A DNA stretch of 43,258 bases from a virus (lineage: Duplodnaviria > Caudoviricetes). A program made the position numbers and the translations under genes. The DNA lies in the IMG/VR virus record IMGVR_UViG_3300027740_000046, positions 1-43,258 of that record, one strand, 5' to 3'. The notes below the pieces were generated by a model. It was not told where the DNA came from. It ran no database searches and saw nothing but the letters and a program-made list of their open reading frames with translations. This document shows, piece after piece, positions 1 through 7,500 of the stretch (position 1 is the first letter of the stretch; the number at the start of each line of letters is the position of its first letter).

Positions 1-162
1 CCGGTCGCGACTCATAAGCCGTCGCGCTGGCATTGATTGCCGCTGACCGGTAGCGGCCGCTACTGCTTCGCTAGCACGGTTATATTCGATAAGCCTCTTT
101 GATTTCATCGAATAGCGCCGAGGCGCGTTGCGTTAACTCATCGAGTTTGTCTCTGTGCTCCC
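1..162. repeat. Terminal direct repeat / circular assembly overlap, left copy
   Basis: Identical to 43097-43258 except position 36 (A) versus 43132 (G). Confidence 0.95.
4..39 (-). repeat. Solo CRISPR repeat copy A (same locus as 43100-43135)
   Basis: Reverse complement reads CAATCAATGCCAGCGCGACGGCTTATGAGTCGCGAC, 35/36 to the array repeat. Confidence 0.95.
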
Positions 163-286
163 TTTCGAATAGCGAGCATTTTGCGCGATCGACATCGAGC
201 GCAACCGCGACCCGGCTCTGCATATCGGCTATACGCACTCCGGTCGGTCGTCTTATTTTTCTTACTTTTTCTTCTGATTTCGCCAT
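80..286 (-). CDS. Hypothetical protein, 68 aa
   Basis: AAAGGA SD upstream; co-oriented with the leftward operon. Confidence 0.6.
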   Translation of the reverse strand: MAKSEEKVRKIRRPTGVRIADMQSRVAVALDVDRAKCSLFEREHRDKLDELTQRASALFDEIKEAYRI

Positions 287-307
287 TATCTATCCTTTCG
301 TTGGTAT

Positions 308-529
308 TTATTCTTTTTCTGCGTAACCCAATCTCGAAATCCGTTCGCGCTCCTCGTCCGTTAGTTTGCAATTAACCATTGCAAGTTGCAATTCCGCTTT
401 GTAACGCGTTTCGCAGACGGCGTATAATTCTTTTAAAAACACGCGAAAAAAGGCCACTTGATCTTCATCATTGCTATTCGCTAACATAGCGGCGACCGTT
501 ACGTAATCTACAATTAATCCGTTTCGCAC
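308..529 (-). CDS. Hypothetical protein, about 73 aa, probable GTG start
   Basis: CAGGAG SD just upstream of the GTG at 529; fills the gap after recT. Confidence 0.55.
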   Translation of the reverse strand: MRNGLIVDYVTVAAMLANSNDEDQVAFFRVFLKELYAVCETRYKAELQLAMVNCKLTDEERERISRLGYAEKE

Positions 530-554
530 CTTATTCTCCTGGTCTGTATTCGTG

Positions 555-1475
555 TTATTCTCCTGAGAATAATCCTGGTTCGCTTTCTTCAATCGCGCGG
601 TCTTTGGCCGAGACGACTTGCGTTTCAGACACGACCTCGCCCGTGTTAGGATCGGTTTTGATTTCGGTTTCGGTTTGCTCTCGGAGCTTGCTTTTAAGCG
701 CCGCGACACCTTTGTCGATCGGCGAGGAGACAACGTCAGCCTCGATATCAAAATCTGCATAATCGTCGCTATTGGCATGCTCCTCGATGTCCATCGCGCG
801 CGATAGCTCGATACTTATCGGCCAGTATTTTGACCCGCGACGTACTACGGTCTTACGGCACATCTCCTCATAATCGGTAACCCACGGGCCGGACTCGGCG
901 GCCTTCGACCGCGAGCGTATCTTATTTATCTCGGCTATCGTCATAAACTCGACATGACGACCGTCACCCTTGAATACGGCCACGGAATACGCGCCTATAG
1001 GCTTACCGGGATCCTCGATTATGCACGGGGTATGCTGTATCTCGGGAGATGTACCAAATCGAATAGAAAAAACATCGTGCTCGTGTACCACGTGAGATTC
1101 AACGGATACAATTTCACCCGATCTGCGCGCTAGACTGATATATCCACGGTAGCCAATGATGAGTTGCGCCTCCATAACTAACTTGCCGGTTTCTCTGTCC
1201 TTACGCTTAAAAGGTACTAGGTAGGCATGGCCGAGCGCTCCTCCTCCGACCTCGAGCCCCAGCTCGGCGGCGGACATAACGCAACGCATGAAGCTAGGCA
1301 CAGTACATACCAATAGGCCAGGGTTGCGCCCCATGGCTAGTAGCGCAATCTTAACCATGCGTTCCGGCGTAAGGTGCTTTGCGATCGTCGCTGGGAGTAC
1401 AGCGCGTATGCTTGGTAGGGCTTTTTCAAGCGACGCCTTGTACGGAGCGATTGCGATTGAGGTTACTTTTTCCAT
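555..1475 (-). CDS. recT: RecT-family single-strand annealing protein
   Basis: Motifs SAAELGLE, GHAYLVPF, AQLIIGYRGYISLARRSG, PWVTDYEEMCRKTV; next to YqaJ. Confidence 0.93.
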   Translation of the reverse strand: MEKVTSIAIAPYKASLEKALPSIRAVLPATIAKHLTPERMVKIALLAMGRNPGLLVCTVPSFMRCVMSAAELGLEVGGGALGHAYLVPFKRKDRETGKLVMEAQLIIGYRGYISLARRSGEIVSVESHVVHEHDVFSIRFGTSPEIQHTPCIIEDPGKPIGAYSVAVFKGDGRHVEFMTIAEINKIRSRSKAAESGPWVTDYEEMCRKTVVRRGSKYWPISIELSRAMDIEEHANSDDYADFDIEADVVSSPIDKGVAALKSKLREQTETEIKTDPNTGEVVSETQVVSAKDRAIEESEPGLFSGE

Positions 1476-1478
1476 TTT

Positions 1479-2417
1479 CTATTTACTCTCTTTCTTCCAG
1501 AAAACCTTGAAGGGCCTAGCGCCAGGTTTTAAAATAGTGTGTTTTGCAATCAGAGCTTGCGATGCATTTAACTCGCGAGCTATAAGCTGCCACTCGATGA
1601 CACTCGACGGCATGTTGTTCTTGTAATCGATACGGCCGAACGATCCTTTTATACCGGATTTATCGCCGATGGTTTGAATTAATACGGCTTTTATTTTATC
1701 CAGATCTTGCTCAGAATGTTTGAGCGTCTCGATTTGCCTGTGATAATCATCTATCGTGTTTGACAGAATCTCGTCCGCTTCAACGTAATCCTTAATGCGG
1801 GCCGTTGGATGGAGTTGCTTGATCGTATTCACATCAGCCGGACCAGCCGGCGGCGGAATTTTGGTCTCGACGTAATCGCGCCAAAACTTTTCGCTTGCCT
1901 CACGAAATATTTGAAATAATTCCTCGTCGTACATTACCGGGTATATGCGCAGAGCCGTGCCGATATCCGCCGGAATATCGGTCCGAGCTGTCTCTGTCAC
2001 TGCCGCTACGAAAATCGCCTGTGGTATGTAGTGCTGTGGGATATCGTCGCTACCGTCTTTGCCCCACTGCCGCTGAGTCCAGGGTGTGGGCGCCTTGGCC
2101 TCCACGGCGCGGTATTCCGATAGGCCGAATACCGCGACCGCGTCGGGCGTCGCCGCGATCAATGGGTATTTGCGATGGATAATTGTTCCCGGCTTACGCA
2201 ATTTAGCGCCTGTTCTTGCGACGTACCAATCGAGAATACCGCTCTCAAGATACGTTCCGCGTTCCATCGCTTCATTCGGTTCGGTCGCTGGCAGCAAACC
2301 GAGCTTCTCGCCCCATACCGTAAGTGGCCCGCCAAACGGCGATATATTGAGTATACGCGCGATATCGGTCCCGGTTATATGGTGTTTCCGACGTTCGATC
2401 TGTTCAGATGTTAGCAT
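1479..2417 (-). CDS. YqaJ-like viral recombinase exonuclease
   Basis: Motifs ITGTD, AMERGTYLE, ATPDA, VEAK, IPQHYIPQ. Confidence 0.9.
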   Translation of the reverse strand: MLTSEQIERRKHHITGTDIARILNISPFGGPLTVWGEKLGLLPATEPNEAMERGTYLESGILDWYVARTGAKLRKPGTIIHRKYPLIAATPDAVAVFGLSEYRAVEAKAPTPWTQRQWGKDGSDDIPQHYIPQAIFVAAVTETARTDIPADIGTALRIYPVMYDEELFQIFREASEKFWRDYVETKIPPPAGPADVNTIKQLHPTARIKDYVEADEILSNTIDDYHRQIETLKHSEQDLDKIKAVLIQTIGDKSGIKGSFGRIDYKNNMPSSVIEWQLIARELNASQALIAKHTILKPGARPFKVFWKKESK

Positions 2418-2434
2418 ATTTTCTTCTCCTTATC

Positions 2435-2713
2435 TTATCTAATCTCGTATTCCTTCTTTAAGAATTTTAGCTCGTGTATTATATCACGCTGTAATTCGGT
2501 GCTACACGGTAGAGGATTCGTGCCTTCGATCGTATCGAGTTTATCACGGCCCTCTAAGTGACCGACAAGTTGGCTTAGTAAACCAATGATCCGGAGTATA
2601 TCTTTTCTATCCATTTTGTTCACTCCATATCGCGGTCGCGACTCATAAGCCGTCGCGCTGGCATTGGTTGCTGGCAAGGAGGGTATCGTCTCATCGGATA
2701 ACACTTCGGTCAT
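2435..2713 (-). CDS. Hypothetical protein; starts at 2713 (reads through repeat B) or at internal ATG 2614
   Basis: Both starts have an SD (GAGGAG; GGAG); the repeat translates as TNASATAYESR. Confidence 0.55.
   Translation of the reverse strand: MTEVLSDETIPSLPATNASATAYESRPRYGVNKMDRKDILRIIGLLSQLVGHLEGRDKLDTIEGTNPLPCSTELQRDIIHELKFLKKEYEIR
2635..2670 (-). repeat. Solo CRISPR repeat copy B
   Basis: Perfect 36/36 reverse-complement match to the array repeat. Confidence 0.97.
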
Positions 2714-3376
2714 TTATTTTTTCTCCTCGATTAGTTCGAGTAAATAATTCAATTGCGTTTGGCACTCGTCGATAATTGCGGCGACAGCGACCGCGACGTC
2801 GTCAGCGGCGCTGGCGGAGACAGCGGCGTGGGCGGCGAAAGCAGCGCAGTTATCGCAGTTATCGCAGTCATCGCAGTCATCGCAGTCATCGCAGTCGAGG
2901 TGGGCGGCGCGGGCGGCGATAGCGGCGCGGACGTCGCGGGCGTCGCAGGCGCCGCTGGCGGAATCGCGGGCATCGCGCTCGGCGCGGGCGGCGTCGAGGT
3001 CGAGGGCATCGTCGCGGACGGCGATAGCGGCGCGGGCGGCGATAGCGGCGTGGGCGGCGATAGCGGCGCGGGTGGCGGCGGCGATGGCGTCGCGGGCGGC
3101 GATAGCGGCGCGGGCGGCGGCGCGGGCGAGGGCGTCATCGGCGTGATAACACGCACGCAGCGTGCTCCACCGGGCGTATTCGGTCGCTGCATCTGCTCCG
3201 CGTAGATGGATCAGGACCCTGGTCAGCGTCCACAGCCGGTCCTGGATCGGTACATCGCCGGCCGCGATTTCTCGCAGTGTCTTGCCGGCGCCGTATAGCT
3301 CCATGAGTCTAGTGCGAGTATAAGGTTCGCACGGCTCCCACGAGCCGACTAGCTCAGCGGTTATGAGATTAGCCAT
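2714..3376 (-). CDS. Ala-rich low-complexity hypothetical protein with a (CDD/CDN)n tract
   Basis: GAGGAGG SD; coupled to neighbours; AAIAAR repeats. Confidence 0.7.
   Translation of the reverse strand: MANLITAELVGSWEPCEPYTRTRLMELYGAGKTLREIAAGDVPIQDRLWTLTRVLIHLRGADAATEYARWSTLRACYHADDALARAAARAAIAARDAIAAATRAAIAAHAAIAARAAIAVRDDALDLDAARAERDARDSASGACDARDVRAAIAARAAHLDCDDCDDCDDCDNCDNCAAFAAHAAVSASAADDVAVAVAAIIDECQTQLNYLLELIEEKK
2845..2896. repeat. 9-bp tandem repeat CGCAGTYAT, about 5.8 copies
   Basis: Directly visible; encodes a CxxCxxC run on the minus strand. Confidence 0.9.
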
Positions 3377-3641
3377 GATCGTCCTCCTCGAAGCGAACGA
3401 TATGGAATAGATGCTGTATGGTCGTTATCGCGTGCGTCCGCAGGCGAAAGTCCGGTATGCCTCCGTGCACATCCGGTATGGGTGTGAGCATTTGTTGTAA
3501 TTCCCCGAGCGTGGTCTCGGGATCGTCGAGCGCGGCGGTCAGGTTTTTCGCTCGTTCGGTCGCCGCGCACTCGTCAATCCCGTAGTGCGTTAGCTCATTT
3601 TTTATCCGTTCGATCACCTCTTTTTGCGTAGAGATCTTCAT
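3369..3641 (-). CDS. Hypothetical protein, first gene of the leftward operon
   Basis: AAGGAG SD; overlaps the start of the next gene. Confidence 0.7.
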   Translation of the reverse strand: MKISTQKEVIERIKNELTHYGIDECAATERAKNLTAALDDPETTLGELQQMLTPIPDVHGGIPDFRLRTHAITTIQHLFHIVRFEEDDHG

Positions 3642-3812
3642 TCTTTCTCCTTTGTTTTTCTTTTTCTTTTTTCTCGCTGTCCAACACTACCGGCACTACC
3701 GGACTTTACTGGTCGCTTTTTTCGATTCAGCGGGGCCGCGTTAGCCCGTCCGCGTCCACGGCTCTCACGTGGCGCCTGCTGCAATCCAGGTCGCGGTTCC
3801 GTCCATGCGTCT

Positions 3813-3841
3813 ATCATGCACTATCCCAATCGACAATGCAA
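3813..3841 (-). promoter_or_regulatory. Putative leftward sigma70-type promoter
   Basis: TTGCAT-17 bp-CATGAT on the minus strand in the divergent intergenic region. Confidence 0.45.
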
Positions 3842-3847
3842 ATTAAA

Positions 3848-3887
3848 TCGTGAAATAAATTGCATCACGAAAATATAGTGGTAGAGT
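3848..3887 (+). promoter_or_regulatory. Putative rightward promoter with overlapping operator-like inverted repeat
   Basis: TTGCAT(3860)-16 bp-TAGAGT with TG extension; TCGTGA-N11-TCACGA at 3848-3870. Confidence 0.45.
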
Positions 3888-3893
3888 AAGAAC

Positions 3894-4184
3894 ATGACAT
3901 ACAAAGAGTACTGCGATAAAGCCAGGTCAGAAGGCAAAGCACGCGGCATCTCGGCCGCCGTCGTGCGTGAAAGCGGATTGTCCGCGCGCACGGTGGGAAA
4001 ATCGGCGGCCGGGCACTGGGTGGCATATCCTACCGCGTGGGACATCCTGCGTGCATTGCGGCGTCTCGATCCGCGATTTGTTTTTTCCATGGCCGATGCA
4101 GATCGGATGAGCGCGGGCGAGGTAATCCGGCGTAAGTCTCGACGGGTCCGGGCGTTCGGGCGCACGGAATCCAGCGATGAATAG
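3894..4184 (+). CDS. Putative HTH (Cro/repressor-like) regulator
   Basis: Small basic protein with an HTH-like segment (AAVVRESGLSARTVGK); first gene at the divergence point. Confidence 0.5.
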   Translation: MTYKEYCDKARSEGKARGISAAVVRESGLSARTVGKSAAGHWVAYPTAWDILRALRRLDPRFVFSMADADRMSAGEVIRRKSRRVRAFGRTESSDE

Positions 4185-4488
4185 CCCGCCGCGTATCTAT
4201 ATCGCCCATGCCTACGCGGGCGATCCTTTCGGCAACCGTGCTCGCATACGCAAGATATGCCATCTACTTTTGCGGCAGGGCTTATTACCGATTGCGCCGC
4301 AATTGTGGCTTTATCAGATTTTTAATGAGGATACACAACGTGAAGAAATTATGCGGATGTGCCTCGGCTACCTTGAGACGAGCGATATGGTCTATCAATA
4401 TACGTCGACCGTAGGAGGAGTAAAGGACGAGGTAGAGCGTGCCCAGGAGCTGAGAATACCAGTAATGTACATGGGTCTGTATGTATGA
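4177..4488 (+). CDS. DUF4406 / nucleoside deoxyribosyltransferase-like phage protein
   Basis: Pattern IYIAHAYAGD, PIAPQL, GVKDEVERAQELRIPV. Confidence 0.7.
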   Translation: MNSPPRIYIAHAYAGDPFGNRARIRKICHLLLRQGLLPIAPQLWLYQIFNEDTQREEIMRMCLGYLETSDMVYQYTSTVGGVKDEVERAQELRIPVMYMGLYV

Positions 4489-4901
4489 AGAACGACTACC
4501 CTATACGTGATATCAATTGGTTACGCGAAGGTAAATACGTGACCTATCTACAGGTCGCGACATCGATAGGTACAACTGCGAGTTATCTGGCATACGGCGA
4601 CTCCTACGTGCACGATCTTATTCGTGAAATGAAACGAGCGCGTGCTATCAACCTCGAATATCAGATAGCTAATAGCGCTAAAAGGCAGCAGGTACGTACG
4701 GTATATATTTCTCCTGAATTTGCTCAGAAAATACGCGATTACCGGGAGGGTAAACGACGAAAAAGAGGCCTAAAACAAGAATCAACTGGCGTTGCATCGC
4801 TCAGGCAAACGGAGAGTAGAGAGGCTACAGACTACTTCGATAATCTGTTCAAACCGGCAAAGGGCAAGCGTGAATTTTTCGTGGCCGTGAAGCCCGAATA
4901 A
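4485..4901 (+). CDS. Hypothetical protein
   Basis: ATGA overlap with the upstream gene. Confidence 0.6.
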   Translation: MKNDYPIRDINWLREGKYVTYLQVATSIGTTASYLAYGDSYVHDLIREMKRARAINLEYQIANSAKRQQVRTVYISPEFAQKIRDYREGKRRKRGLKQESTGVASLRQTESREATDYFDNLFKPAKGKREFFVAVKPE

Positions 4902-4911
4902 AGCGGTAAAC

Positions 4912-5454
4912 ATGTACGGCAGAAAAAAAGATATGATCGAGCATACCAACAAAGCCATGCGCTCTTTTTTTGGTGCACGGACAGATGGACAGGATCGACC
5001 ACAAGGTGTGAATACTCCTCGGCTGATCATCGATGCTATACTTAAAATATGGCCCGAGGGAATCGAGCTTGACCCTTGCGCGAATGCTACCTCGATCGTA
5101 CCGGCCCGAAAGAAACTGTATATCCCAGATATACCGGGAATCAACGGACTAACTGAATCATGGCCGGATTTTACTTACGCTAATCCGCCCTATAAAACTA
5201 TCAAAGAATGGCTCAGAATGTGCGAAACAGGACGAGAGCATATAATGCTAGCACCAGTTAGGACCAACAGAGAGTGGTGGTGTAAATCCGCGTCGCGCGC
5301 GCGGATCATATGCTGGCTGAGACCCTTTGCATTTCTCGGTCACGATCAGCCTTTTCCGGCGTCGCTAGCGATGCTTTACTACGGGTTGCGGATAGATAAA
5401 TTCAAGGGTGCTTTTCGACATCTGGGAACGATTGGAATTTTTGAAATAAAATGA
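4912..5454 (+). CDS. Phage DNA N6-adenine methyltransferase (Dam-like)
   Basis: Motifs TP, LDPCA, GL..SW, NPPY, P.RT..WW, FPA. Confidence 0.85.
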   Translation: MYGRKKDMIEHTNKAMRSFFGARTDGQDRPQGVNTPRLIIDAILKIWPEGIELDPCANATSIVPARKKLYIPDIPGINGLTESWPDFTYANPPYKTIKEWLRMCETGREHIMLAPVRTNREWWCKSASRARIICWLRPFAFLGHDQPFPASLAMLYYGLRIDKFKGAFRHLGTIGIFEIK

Positions 5455-5511
5455 TTCGCCCCTCGAATACTCGGTCTAAGCCCCGCGCTGCTTACTCCTT
5501 GGCCCTGCGGT

Positions 5512-5913
5512 ATGCTTAGGCCGAGCATTGGAAGGGTGAATAGAAAGGATAAACCGGTAATGAGCCCAATGAGATGGTTAGTAAATTTTTTGTTAGGTGC
5601 TAAAAAGCCCTTGCGCAAGACGCTCGTACTGCATAGAGACGGAACGGTCTCGATGCTATGGGACGGTGTTTGGCGCCGCGTTACCAGACCCGATAGTCTC
5701 GATTGCGTATACATCGGATATTTAACCTTGGCCGACCGCGAGCGTATCAAGCGGTCGAAGGCGCACCGGCACTTGCTGGCGCCCAACGACCTACCAGCGG
5801 CCGCGCGGCTCAAAATGCAGCATAACGAAAAGCAGTTGACACGCCCGGCGAAGCGAGGCATAAGTAGGGTATGCGACAAAACACAAAAAATTCCAGGTAT
5901 TATAGCGTTCTAA
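5512..5913 (+). CDS. Hypothetical protein, start uncertain
   Basis: Co-oriented ORF filling the gap. Confidence 0.45.
   Translation: MLRPSIGRVNRKDKPVMSPMRWLVNFLLGAKKPLRKTLVLHRDGTVSMLWDGVWRRVTRPDSLDCVYIGYLTLADRERIKRSKAHRHLLAPNDLPAAARLKMQHNEKQLTRPAKRGISRVCDKTQKIPGIIAF
5836..5864 (+). promoter_or_regulatory. Putative promoter for the replication genes
   Basis: TTGACA-17 bp-CATAAG. Confidence 0.35.
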
Positions 5914-5969
5914 TCGGTGAGTCGGATGGGTTTGTTTGTGGCCCGTCGCAGTCCGGCTCACCGGTTAGA
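5909..5969 (+). other. Long RNA hairpin upstream of the putative initiator gene
   Basis: TCTAATCGGTGAGTCGGA pairs with TCCGGCTCACCGGTTAGA (18 bp, 2 G-U pairs); inner stem GATGGGT/GCCCGTC. Confidence 0.65.
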
Positions 5970-5988
5970 GCGCTAGAAAACTGGAATT

Positions 5989-6396
5989 ATGAAAGATAAA
6001 GAGCGTTTTGCGTCGTTGCGCGGTAGTTACCACGCAGACCCTTCGATGTTGGGCCGCTCGTTAGAAGCTCGTGGTCTTTACGCGTGCGGGTTGTCTTATT
6101 GCGCGGCATGGATGACAGACGGAAAAATTCCGAAAGCAATCGTCGGTTCGTGGTTCAGAGCGACACCAGATTGTCACGCGTTATGTCACGCGGAACATAA
6201 CGCGTCTGTCACACGAGAATTGCTTGTACGGCTGCCCCACGAGCGGCGACCAATGTGGTCCGAAGATGACGAATTTTATTGGGTCATAGCATATACAGAG
6301 CATAATTGGACGCGGAAAAGAATCGAAGACGAAAGGCTTAAAGCCGCGAAAAGACAAGCAAAACACAGGAGGAAGTCAGGCGATGATAATGAGTGA
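5989..6396 (+). CDS. Putative replication initiator, N-terminal-like protein
   Basis: ARGLY, TDGKIP, Y.EHN and basic AAKRQAKHR tail resemble phage initiator N-termini; precedes iterons and primase. Confidence 0.55.
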   Translation: MKDKERFASLRGSYHADPSMLGRSLEARGLYACGLSYCAAWMTDGKIPKAIVGSWFRATPDCHALCHAEHNASVTRELLVRLPHERRPMWSEDDEFYWVIAYTEHNWTRKRIEDERLKAAKRQAKHRRKSGDDNE

Positions 6397-6538
6397 CGTA
6401 ACGCGTGACGTAACGCGTGACGTAACGCGTGACGTAACGCGTGACGTAACGCGTGACATAACGCGTGACTCTCTCTTTCTCTTTCTACGTCTCTTTCTCT
6501 GTCTATCCGGATCCGGATACACCACGAGGAAATTGTGA
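6383..6538 (+). CDS. Short 51-aa ORF with (DVTR)n repeats
   Basis: AGGAGG SD; overlaps the upstream stop; its TGA overlaps the primase GTG. Confidence 0.4.
   Translation: MIMSDVTRDVTRDVTRDVTRDVTRDITRDSLFLFLRLFLCLSGSGYTTRKL
6393..6469. repeat. 12-bp tandem repeat GTGACGTAACGC, about 6.4 copies; candidate origin iterons
   Basis: Directly visible; exact 20-bp inverted copy at 6173-6192. Confidence 0.9.
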
Positions 6539-7500
6539 GCAGTAGAGACTACGCACGCGGGAGCAACAGCAATCTCTCTTTGGGGGGGAGCGCGCCGGCG
6601 TACCCCGTGACCGACCTGGTAGCCGACCTGGTAGCCCACGGCGCCGCGTTCGCCCGGCCGCTCGAGGTCGACGGCAAGGTCCACCGGTGCGCGACGGTGA
6701 CTCGCCCCCGGAAGAAGAATTTTTCCTACCTGCTCTATCCGGATGGTTGCGGTGGCTGGTACGAAAATCACGAGACCGGTGAGGGGCCCCAGCGCCTCTA
6801 CCTTGCCCCCGGCCGGAAAGCCGAGGCAACCACGGACCAGCGAGCGCAGTGGGCAACTCAGAGGTCGGAGCGCGCGGCGATGGCACGGAAAGCTCGAGTC
6901 GAGGCCCGAGCGCGGGCGAGGGCGATTTGCTCGCAAGCTCACCCGGCGCTACCGGATCACCCGTACCTCGAGAAAAAACAGATCAAGCCATACGAGCTGC
7001 TGCAACGCGGAGTCGAACTGGTCGCGCCGATTGTGTCGGTCGAGGGTGACGTCCAGACGATCGAGCGAATTTCTCCGCGTGGTGAAAAAAAGTTTTTGCC
7101 GGGCGGCGCGGTGGCAGGAAATTTTTACGCGCTAGGCGAAGTGTGGACTGGACGCCGGTTGTTGATTTGCGAGGGAGTAGCTACCGCTCACACGCTTTTC
7201 GAGTCCACCGGGTTGCCGACCGTTGCCGCGATGTTTGCCGGTAACCTTGAGCCCGTGACGCGCGTCATAAGCAAGATGGATAGACAATGTAAAATTCTAA
7301 TATGCGCTGACGACGACTGGAAAACCAAGGGCAACCCCGGACTAACCGCCGCGACCAAGGCCGCATCGGTGGTTGACGGCCGGGTTGTTATTCCCGACTT
7401 CATCGACTTGAAGCGCGGCGATAAAGACACCGATTTCAACGACCTGCAACTCTTAACCGGGCTACACGAGGTGAGGCGACAAATCATATGGGCTCTGTAG
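6535..7500 (+). CDS. Toprim-domain DNA primase (P4-alpha/TraC-like)
   Basis: Motifs HPYLEKK, GEKKFLPG, ICEGVATA, CADDD, GNPG, TDFNDL. Confidence 0.9.
   Translation: MSSRDYARGSNSNLSLGGSAPAYPVTDLVADLVAHGAAFARPLEVDGKVHRCATVTRPRKKNFSYLLYPDGCGGWYENHETGEGPQRLYLAPGRKAEATTDQRAQWATQRSERAAMARKARVEARARARAICSQAHPALPDHPYLEKKQIKPYELLQRGVELVAPIVSVEGDVQTIERISPRGEKKFLPGGAVAGNFYALGEVWTGRRLLICEGVATAHTLFESTGLPTVAAMFAGNLEPVTRVISKMDRQCKILICADDDWKTKGNPGLTAATKAASVVDGRVVIPDFIDLKRGDKDTDFNDLQLLTGLHEVRRQIIWAL

Noticed and set aside
1-162. 162-bp terminal repeat as a true physical genome end
   Set aside because: It starts at a multicopy CRISPR repeat and cuts through an ORF, as expected for a circular assembly overlap. 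The single mismatch matches the 5' variant of copy G and may reflect read mis-assignment.
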